Below, in pieces: positions 10,034 to 18,243 of a DNA stretch of 64,000 bases. This DNA comes from a virus. The stretch is from the IMG/VR virus record IMGVR_UViG_3300043399_001092, positions 1 through 64,000 of that record; one strand, given 5' to 3'. A program made the translations under genes and the position numbers. Each line of letters starts with the position of its first letter. Position 1 is the stretch's first letter. The notes under the pieces are model-generated. The model searched no databases and had not been told where the DNA came from. It was given only the letters and a program-made list of their open reading frames with translations.

Positions 10034-10455
10034 TACTTCAGGAATTTGAGTTTGTAGATCGTACTGGACATTAGTTCGCACACATCATCGATAATCTGTT
10101 GGAGCGCACCTTTGCTGAAATTCATCTTCATCATTTCTACTTCACCACACTTCTTTTGCAGGTAGCTCAAGAAGTCAATGTTGTTCTGCACCGTTATGGT
10201 AGTATCATACTCTACAATCTTACCATAGAAGCCCTGGTAGCTTTCTACGAACCGATCCAGTAGATCAGGAAGACCATCGTAGAGTTCATTCATTGCCTTG
10301 TGAGCGGCATAAGAACCGCTTTGGAGGTGTGAGATATGGGCCTGGGTAGTAACTTCAAACAGAAGGGAAGCCAGTTCACCACAGGGGCATCCTACCGAGG
10401 AGCCGGGGAGAGTGGGGAGTCCACCGTGGGACATAATGCGTCTTGCGTCAATCAT
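10033..10455 (-). CDS. ferritin/Dps-like four-helix protein (DUF5856-like)
   Basis: QAHISHLQSGSYAAHKAMNELYDGLPDLLDRFVESYQG...IIDD...TIYKLKFLK matches the phage ferritin-like pattern. Confidence 0.75.
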   Translation of the reverse strand: MIDARRIMSHGGLPTLPGSSVGCPCGELASLLFEVTTQAHISHLQSGSYAAHKAMNELYDGLPDLLDRFVESYQGFYGKIVEYDTTITVQNNIDFLSYLQKKCGEVEMMKMNFSKGALQQIIDDVCELMSSTIYKLKFLK

Positions 10456-10476
10456 GGTTGTATTGGTTTTGGTTGA

Positions 10477-13400
10477 TTAAGAATTACAATCTTCTAATGC
10501 GTTCTCTTTTCCTTTTTCTATGTTATTCGGCAAAGATACACTGGGTTGAGTAGTAGCAGCGGTGGGTTGAGAGGGTGCTGTGGGTTTAGACAAAACATCA
10601 TCCAACTGTTGTCTCCAATTTGAATCCTGCATATTAATAGTCGGAATACCCTTTCTTCTTGCCATTTCAACAGCTTGACCAGTTCCCCCTTCAGGTCTGA
10701 TGCCTTTACCTTCATTGGCCCAGAACAAAACAAAGTCAACAGGGGTATCCAACTTGGCACCAAATATCTGATTGGTGTTCCTTGCCATTAGCTTTAATCC
10801 ACCTTCAGTTAATGCACTTGGTTTAGGATGTATTTCTTTAGCAATAGCTATTTCTTTAGCTCCTGCTTTTTCAGGAGCAAACAAGTTTTTCTTATTTGTT
10901 CCTTTTGAAAATGCAGCATCGGCACCCTCTTCTTTATTTCCAAACGTTTTACCTGTATTAAGCGTATATCTATCCGATAACTCTTTGGCAACCTCCGTCA
11001 TTTGCTGAAGTATTTCCGGCGGAGTTTGTCTTGACCCAATACCAGCATACGTCATTGTAGGAGTAGCAGACTTACCAGGAAGTTTATTAAACTCTGTGGC
11101 ACCAGGCTTTACGATTGTTGTAATAGCACTTGGTTCTGCACTTGGCGTAGGTGCTATTTCAGTTTCCTTTTCAACAGTAAGTTTTGGTCTTGCTGCAGAA
11201 GGAATCTGTATAGAACCTCCCAAGTCAGTGTTGTAAAACTTATAACCAAAACCAGATGTGGTTTCAAAGTCTCTTCTTCTTCCGCTAAACTCTACCACAT
11301 CCATCTTTTTTGTTTTTTGGTTGTAGGACTTAAAGTACACAGGAAGACCTTTAGCTTTTTCTCTTGCCTCATGTACTTGTTCCTCCATATCATCTTGATC
11401 CTTGTAAAGATTCTCCAACAACCAAGGATTAGCAATGTAAAACTTCCTTTTGAAATCGGAAAACACTTTATCTTTTTCAGCAGTCGGCATTGACAAAAAC
11501 CCATTAATTGCTTTTTGAGCCAATGAGAATTTACTTTCTCCATCGGTTTCTTTTTCAAACATTTCTGGTTTGACGGGAAGAAACGAATCCAACGACAAGT
11601 AGCCTCCCGAGTATCCGGTAGCGTAAATGTTGTAAGCAACCAAGTCAAGGAAAAACTCTTTTGCTCCGGCGGCAACATCTTTCATCTCTTCAATGTACTC
11701 ATTCAGCATAAAAAGACTTTCCCCCATATCCGAACGACGGATAGCATTAATAGGTTTGTTGTCATAAACCGCCGCATTAAGAGTAGGTATAAGCCTTTTG
11801 ATAATTCTAAACCGTTCGTTGTCTTTGATACCTTTAATCTTCTCCAACAGTTGTGCCGCCGATCGTTTATCAATTTCTCCGGTCAAGATGTTTCTACCAC
11901 GCCGACCTTTAAAGAAATCAAGGTTTTGAACCAGGTAGTTAATAAAATCTTCGTGAACAACCTTGTTAAACTTCTTTCTTTTTTCCGCAGAAATATATCC
12001 TCCTACACTTTTGTCTATTGTCATAAATACAGGAATATCTAATTTTTCCAAGATGTAAAAAGGCTTGTACATATCATTGTACTGACGATAAATGTCAAAG
12101 AACGCACTCATTGGTCCATCGACACTTGACTTCCAAGTATCTTCAACCAATCCTGTATTAACAGAAGCCTTTGCAATTTTATCACTTCTTTCCAACCAGT
12201 CTTCCCGGCGCTTTGGTTTAAAAGTATCCAAGCTGACTGCCGACATAAAGGTTCTGTGTTTGGTTGTTTGAGACTTTAGGTCCATAAACAAATCCAACAT
12301 GTAAGCTTGGGCTTCCGGCTTAAACTCTCGAAGTATTTTCAAGAAGGTCTTTTGATCATCAATTCCTTGGGGAACATCCGGTCTTTTATACACGTTCTTT
12401 CCGTTTTCATTTTTTCCAAGAACCATGAGTTTACCCATAGCTTCCATATAAGCCGTGTCAAAACTATTGATTCTATACTTCTGACGCAGACTGTTCCTTA
12501 TCTTGTTTGTCAACCCTCGCTCCTTATACGGAACAGAATCATAAATGGTTTTGTACTTAAGGTAATCTCGGATAGCCGGTTGAGCAAAAAAGTAAATGAT
12601 GTCCATGTGAGGCACACCTCTTTGCAACAAGTATGTTGCCATGTTCAGTGTTTCACCAACAAGACCAAGTACTTTAGCATAAGGGTCTTTAACGGCGTCC
12701 ACTTGCGATGTAAGAAGCCCGGACAGCAGTTCTGATATAAACTCATTATCTTGATTTAGGATGGTGGAGAACGAAGAATTTTTATCCGCCGGAAGAAACG
12801 GAATTGTTCTAACCTGTACCACTGCACCATCTGCATCAAGAACCTCTAACCTAATAGTGTACCCGTACAACTGGTTCACGGTATTACCGGTAATAGTAAC
12901 AGCCACTTGACCCACACCGCCTTTGGAAGCAATGTTCTCCCTGGTTTTGATGACGTTGGTTACTGCGGTATAAGCATCAAAGATAGAGACCTTCTTGTCA
13001 GGATTTAAACTTTCGTAGTAAGCCTTTTCTTCCGTCGTTCTTGCAGACTTTGCGCCCTTTTCAGATATTTCTTTCAGTTTGCTTTTGGCTTCAATCCTCC
13101 AGTGCGTATCATCCGTCGGCTTCATCAAGTTCATAAAGTTCTCTTCCAGAGTCATGATCTCCAACTCTACTTCCAACAACTCATTTTCTTCTGCTTTTCT
13201 GAACAGACTTTTCTTTCCTTCCAACTCCATCAAGTTCAACTGAAGTTTTTCAAAGACCGCTTTTTTAGCAAGGTCTTGAGGACTTTCCCCAAGATCATTT
13301 ATTTCTTCCCGGTATCTTTCGATTACCTGTTTGGCTTTTTCAATACCGAGCAAATTGCTGTCTGAAAATTCCGAATCTTCCATAAGAGTTAGAAACCTAT

Positions 13401-16400
13401 CGGTGTAGTCAGACAGGTTCTTCTCAACAAGTTCTTTGGTCAAGTACAAAAACTTCATGTTCTTACCTCTTCCAGACAATATGCCGTGACCCAGGTACAT
13501 GTTTAGTTTATCAATGTCAAAGTCCGAACCTACCTTGGTAGCAATAATCGGCGGTACTACTACCATTGCCGTATTGGTAGGAACAAAGAACCTCTTAACC
13601 CGGAATACGTCGTTGGAGGACAACTGTTGATTGGGAATACGAAGACCTTTGATGAACAACATTTGTTCGTCAAACTTACTAAAGTTGCCGTCTGCAATAT
13701 CCTTGTTGACTCTCTTAACCAGTTCTATAATGTCACGGGTTCCATACAATTCCATAAAGTCGTTAAGCCATTTGGTCGGAAATGGCATACCTATATCGGC
13801 ATACTTTTTATCTCCTTCGTACATTTGATAATCCTCAGATACATAAATCCTACCTTCAGTTCCTCCTTTTTCATCAGTGACTTCCTTGTAGAGTGTAGGT
13901 GTTTTGCTATCAACTTCTTCAAAGAAGATAGAGCTTACCTGGGGCACGGAGTTACCATTACGCTTTTGTTTTGTAACTTCGTTACGCACCAAAGAGTACA
14001 GCACCGGTTCAATCTTGAACCTGTTTGGAAGCAACTCAATAGCCTTATGTTCTGCTTCCGCAAACAAGTCCATTACATCCAATACGTTATTTGCAGCACC
14101 TCTTTCGCTCAAAGATCTCTTGAGTTCACCAACAAGTTTTTTGATGTCACTGTACTCACCTTCTTTTAAGTATCCGACTTCTTTCTCAAGAAAGTTAATA
14201 GACTCTCGAATCCGGTTTGCAGTTATATCGGAATACTTAGAAACCAAGTCGTAAATACGAGATACCTGTCTTTTTTTAAAATGCGGCATATCATACCAAG
14301 ATTCTCTAAGCTCCGGTTTAATATCGATTGGTACTCCCGCATTGAACAAATTGGAAATGGTTAGCTTATACGACTGACTGGAGGATATGACTTTTCCTTT
14401 TTCCTTGTTGGCAATAGCAACCTGGTGTTTGAAGTACTTAGCTTCCATAAACTGGATGTGAGAATCCAGATCTTCTTTCACGTTGTCATTGGCCACTGCT
14501 TTACCTTTATTGACCGTGTAAGCCATCTTCATACCTTTAACCAACTTTCTTTCACCAAGCTTCTTACTGTCGTCAAGAGCTTTTTTGTTCTGAGTCTTGA
14601 TGCGTTGTCCTACTTTCCGCGCAGAACCAAAACCTAAAACACCTATGCCATTTTCAACCAGGTTGCGATGGATAGACTCCAACTTGGTTCCCATTATCTG
14701 AGAAGGCAGCATTGGATAAAAACTGGTTTTAGCTACTCCTTTTGCAGCATAACCGCTCTTTCCTTTATTTTTCCAGTATGGTCCGGCGTATTGACCTTTC
14801 ATGGTTTCGGCTAATCCCAAGAACTCGTTGAAGTAAACGTATGCGTCTTCTCCTTCGGGTACAGTGTAAGCAGAGTAGTCACCGTTGAATATGCGAACCT
14901 CCATTTCAAACAACCGTTGATGAGCTTCAGACCATTGACCCCATTGTATCTTGGTGCGCCTCCATTGAAACAGGTTGATGTAAGATTGACCGTCACCCCA
15001 GTTGGTTTTCTTATAAGCATTCTTAAGTTTAGCTGCATGAATTTCGGAAAGATTTTCAGCCTCTTGTTCACTGTATCCAAGGTTGAGCAACATGGTCTTC
15101 ATAGAACCTTTTGCTCTTTCTTTGTAGTTGTTCAGTTGACTTTCCGGTACATAGTAATCCTCTTCTGCAAATGCTTTAGTAGCAATCATGTCCGGGTTAC
15201 TGGCATTAGGAATACTGCTGTAAGACACTAATTCCCTTTTACCTTTGAAGTTCATATAGAACATACTTCCTTCTCTATTTTCGCTATTGATGATAAAATC
15301 ACTTATGGTTTTTCCGTGAGCAGATAGTTCGCCGGTGGATGACCAAACGTTGAATCGCTTAAAGCTATCAGCACCATTCTTGTAAATCTTGGGATCACCG
15401 GTAAATATAAAAGACTGTTCAATGTTTCCGGCCAACGTGTTAACCGAATACAATCGAGAAATTACTTTAATAGCTTCTTCATAAATTTGATCCTGTTGTG
15501 TTTTAGGATCAAACTTGTATTTTTCAATTACCTCTTTTTTTACATCGTTCCAAATAGCGTTACTAATACCGACCGGCATAGAAACACCTCCAACTTCTAC
15601 TTTTCTGTATATACCTGAACTCTTTATGTACTCATGCTCATTTTCAAAATGCTTCATTGCGCCCTTGTACAACTTATCGAGTTCTTGTTTGAACTCTTTT
15701 GAGTTTTTGTCTACTACACGTCCGTCCTTTACCAGGTTATCGTAGTTTACAAAAGCTCCAAAAAGACTATCCTCGTTTAAGGCTGTACTCAAATACTGAA
15801 TATCAGAAGGACGATAAGCTAAACTTTTTGCTTCTTCATAAAGATAATCTGCAAAAAACGACTTGAAAGAACTTTCAAATTCTTTAAGGCCAATGTCTTC
15901 TATCATAAGGTTTTTAGAAATCTTTCCGGCGGCTTTAGGTATTTCAAGTTGCACGGAGTAAAGAACACTTCTATCAGAGTGCTTTACCGCTTGGTAGTGA
16001 GTTACACTTGAATTTAGCAACTGGTTGATATAAGTAGAAAACAGGGTTGTTTCTTCAACCTCCGAAAGATCCTGTGCTACTGACTTGTCTTTTGTTTGAA
16101 TACCTTGGTTCACGTTCAAACGTATCTTTCCTCCAGTCTGTAACATTCTTTTAAGCCAAGAACTGTTTGTAAAACCCCAAGATTCTAAATGCGGAAGTTT
16201 AGCTTTTAGTAAATTGAACTTCTGCGACAAAGAAAGATTGGGAGTTTTGTTTATTTCTTCAACAGCGGAATTTAACTCATTGACCATTTGGGTCATGTAG
16301 TTGTTCAGAGCAATACCGTAAACCCGTTCTCCCCCGGCTGTTACCATGGAGCTTTCTGTAATAACCCCTGTAGACAATATCTGATCAGCAATAATTTTAG

Positions 16401-18243
16401 CCGCCTTGTCAATAGGGAAAGTATTAAAAGCTGCGTTTGAAAACATTTTCAACAAGTCAGCTTTTTTAGCAGGATCACCTCCTATTTCTTTTACAACAGC
16501 ATCGTTTATTATCTTAAGCTGATCACGAAATCTTGTTTTTTCCTCATCGTTTTGCAATAGGTCATAAAAGCTTCTAAGGCCAAAAGCATCTACGTACTTT
16601 TCACCAACCACCTCCTTTGCGGTAGTAAATCCTTTCATTATCTTGAAGAACTCTTCAACGCCGCCTTTTTCGTTAATCGAGTTTATCAATCGGGTTGACA
16701 TTTCAGCAGCCGACTTCTGCAACCTTGCATATTTAGAGGAATCAATAATTTTTACATATCCGCCTTCGTACTCTGTCACCAACATGTTGTACCTGGTATT
16801 GGTGTACTGTACAATAAACTGAATACGGTTGTACATGGCAGCATCTTTTAGGTTGCTACCATCTTTTCCTCCAAGTACTTGAATCAACTTTGAAATAGCC
16901 GGGCCATAGGTTTTGTTATTTGACAGTTCCTCCAGTTTATTAAACACCGCTTCATCTGTAGCCAGTGTACCGGCAAGATTCTCGTTCAAGAAGTTGGAAA
17001 GCTCTACCCAGTTAAAGCTCCGGGTCATTCCATATCTTGAAGTGTCGTTTGTGTTCTCAATAGCCGACAGGATAATCCTAACCGCTGTCTTTACACGGGA
17101 GTTGGGATCTATTTCAAAAGACGCTTTGTCAAAAGCAGCCCCTTCACTTTGTCCATCTGGTGTAGTTTCCTCTACTTCCTTGTTTTCATCCGCCGGTTTT
17201 GTCAAAGGTTGTCCATCTGTATCCAGAACATCATCTTCGTTTTCTTGCACTTGAACAAAGCTAAGTTGCTTACTCAACAGTTCAGCATGTTGCTTATACT
17301 TGGCAAGTATCTTGCTCTTTGACTTGTCCGGTTGCATCAAGTCATTTTTCAATGCCAAGTAAAACCAAGCCTTGTCCTTTTCAAAAGAAGTGAGTTCGTT
17401 ATACGACTTTCTTTTTTCAAGGTAATCAGTCAAACCAAGTTGCTTTTCAATCTCCTTCAGCGTTTTATTGACAACAACTCCTTCGTTCATTTCTTTCTTA
17501 CCTTCAAGAATATCTGACAAGTTACCACCTGTCATAATACCTTCAATGTAGTTACGATGCATCAGTTCAATAACCGGAGCAAAGTCATCATATAGTACAT
17601 CAATAGACTGACCTTTGAACTCCAGTTTGATACTCTTTGATTTTTGAAAAGCATTGGTGACTGGTCTTGAAACATACCCTCCCTTGTTCATCATGTCATA
17701 GATACGCTCAATCTCCGACGGCTTAGCTCCGGTGATATACTTGAGCATCTTGGCCAGTTGATCAAACAGTTTCTGGAGGAACGTCCTGGGCTTAGGTTCA
17801 CCCAGGACAAAGTTTGCAAACTCATCCGCAAAGTACTCCTCGATCAACACGTCTTCGTTATTACCGTACTCTGCTCGGTACGGTTCAATCAACTGTTTCC
17901 AGTTCTTGTTGGTCTTGAGTTCCCTTACAGCAGCCTCTCGTTCTTGTGCCGTTAAAGCCCCCTGCCATACCCTGTGGAAGGTTTCGTGGTACACGGTGGA
18001 GGTAGTAGCCAGGTCGGACAAAAGAATCGTTCCATCGGCATTTAATTGACCTATAGCCCTATCTTCTATTAGCCCTTTGACAAACCCTATCTGGGAATCC
18101 GTCATCCCGGTTATGCGCCGTAGTTCTTCTTTGGCAAACGATTGATCAACCACCTTAGCGGATGCTATCTTACCATCCTTGATGAGTTTGAGCATTTCTC
18201 CACGGGAGTATTCGTTGCCATTATAAACGTATCTACAAGACAT
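10477..18243 (-). CDS. virion-packaged single-chain RNA polymerase (phi14:2 gp66-like) with N-terminal zincin and C-terminal SLOG domain
   Basis: 2588 aa; catalytic GSDFDIDK (~13504-13530) preceded by LRIPNQ; DGQSY, SARKVG and VDAVKDP motifs; HETFH..EEYFADEF near the N-terminus; YAGIGSR..GGTGQAV near the C-terminus. Confidence 0.92.
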   Translation of the reverse strand: MSCRYVYNGNEYSRGEMLKLIKDGKIASAKVVDQSFAKEELRRITGMTDSQIGFVKGLIEDRAIGQLNADGTILLSDLATTSTVYHETFHRVWQGALTAQEREAAVRELKTNKNWKQLIEPYRAEYGNNEDVLIEEYFADEFANFVLGEPKPRTFLQKLFDQLAKMLKYITGAKPSEIERIYDMMNKGGYVSRPVTNAFQKSKSIKLEFKGQSIDVLYDDFAPVIELMHRNYIEGIMTGGNLSDILEGKKEMNEGVVVNKTLKEIEKQLGLTDYLEKRKSYNELTSFEKDKAWFYLALKNDLMQPDKSKSKILAKYKQHAELLSKQLSFVQVQENEDDVLDTDGQPLTKPADENKEVEETTPDGQSEGAAFDKASFEIDPNSRVKTAVRIILSAIENTNDTSRYGMTRSFNWVELSNFLNENLAGTLATDEAVFNKLEELSNNKTYGPAISKLIQVLGGKDGSNLKDAAMYNRIQFIVQYTNTRYNMLVTEYEGGYVKIIDSSKYARLQKSAAEMSTRLINSINEKGGVEEFFKIMKGFTTAKEVVGEKYVDAFGLRSFYDLLQNDEEKTRFRDQLKIINDAVVKEIGGDPAKKADLLKMFSNAAFNTFPIDKAAKIIADQILSTGVITESSMVTAGGERVYGIALNNYMTQMVNELNSAVEEINKTPNLSLSQKFNLLKAKLPHLESWGFTNSSWLKRMLQTGGKIRLNVNQGIQTKDKSVAQDLSEVEETTLFSTYINQLLNSSVTHYQAVKHSDRSVLYSVQLEIPKAAGKISKNLMIEDIGLKEFESSFKSFFADYLYEEAKSLAYRPSDIQYLSTALNEDSLFGAFVNYDNLVKDGRVVDKNSKEFKQELDKLYKGAMKHFENEHEYIKSSGIYRKVEVGGVSMPVGISNAIWNDVKKEVIEKYKFDPKTQQDQIYEEAIKVISRLYSVNTLAGNIEQSFIFTGDPKIYKNGADSFKRFNVWSSTGELSAHGKTISDFIINSENREGSMFYMNFKGKRELVSYSSIPNASNPDMIATKAFAEEDYYVPESQLNNYKERAKGSMKTMLLNLGYSEQEAENLSEIHAAKLKNAYKKTNWGDGQSYINLFQWRRTKIQWGQWSEAHQRLFEMEVRIFNGDYSAYTVPEGEDAYVYFNEFLGLAETMKGQYAGPYWKNKGKSGYAAKGVAKTSFYPMLPSQIMGTKLESIHRNLVENGIGVLGFGSARKVGQRIKTQNKKALDDSKKLGERKLVKGMKMAYTVNKGKAVANDNVKEDLDSHIQFMEAKYFKHQVAIANKEKGKVISSSQSYKLTISNLFNAGVPIDIKPELRESWYDMPHFKKRQVSRIYDLVSKYSDITANRIRESINFLEKEVGYLKEGEYSDIKKLVGELKRSLSERGAANNVLDVMDLFAEAEHKAIELLPNRFKIEPVLYSLVRNEVTKQKRNGNSVPQVSSIFFEEVDSKTPTLYKEVTDEKGGTEGRIYVSEDYQMYEGDKKYADIGMPFPTKWLNDFMELYGTRDIIELVKRVNKDIADGNFSKFDEQMLFIKGLRIPNQQLSSNDVFRVKRFFVPTNTAMVVVPPIIATKVGSDFDIDKLNMYLGHGILSGRGKNMKFLYLTKELVEKNLSDYTDRFLTLMEDSEFSDSNLLGIEKAKQVIERYREEINDLGESPQDLAKKAVFEKLQLNLMELEGKKSLFRKAEENELLEVELEIMTLEENFMNLMKPTDDTHWRIEAKSKLKEISEKGAKSARTTEEKAYYESLNPDKKVSIFDAYTAVTNVIKTRENIASKGGVGQVAVTITGNTVNQLYGYTIRLEVLDADGAVVQVRTIPFLPADKNSSFSTILNQDNEFISELLSGLLTSQVDAVKDPYAKVLGLVGETLNMATYLLQRGVPHMDIIYFFAQPAIRDYLKYKTIYDSVPYKERGLTNKIRNSLRQKYRINSFDTAYMEAMGKLMVLGKNENGKNVYKRPDVPQGIDDQKTFLKILREFKPEAQAYMLDLFMDLKSQTTKHRTFMSAVSLDTFKPKRREDWLERSDKIAKASVNTGLVEDTWKSSVDGPMSAFFDIYRQYNDMYKPFYILEKLDIPVFMTIDKSVGGYISAEKRKKFNKVVHEDFINYLVQNLDFFKGRRGRNILTGEIDKRSAAQLLEKIKGIKDNERFRIIKRLIPTLNAAVYDNKPINAIRRSDMGESLFMLNEYIEEMKDVAAGAKEFFLDLVAYNIYATGYSGGYLSLDSFLPVKPEMFEKETDGESKFSLAQKAINGFLSMPTAEKDKVFSDFKRKFYIANPWLLENLYKDQDDMEEQVHEAREKAKGLPVYFKSYNQKTKKMDVVEFSGRRRDFETTSGFGYKFYNTDLGGSIQIPSAARPKLTVEKETEIAPTPSAEPSAITTIVKPGATEFNKLPGKSATPTMTYAGIGSRQTPPEILQQMTEVAKELSDRYTLNTGKTFGNKEEGADAAFSKGTNKKNLFAPEKAGAKEIAIAKEIHPKPSALTEGGLKLMARNTNQIFGAKLDTPVDFVLFWANEGKGIRPEGGTGQAVEMARRKGIPTINMQDSNWRQQLDDVLSKPTAPSQPTAATTQPSVSLPNNIEKGKENALEDCNS

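Noticed and set aside
10034-10081. 5' extension of the 1311-aa ORF (MRTNVQ...)
   Set aside because: Overlaps the ferritin-like gene; the TAATG-coupled ATG at 10033 is the better start.
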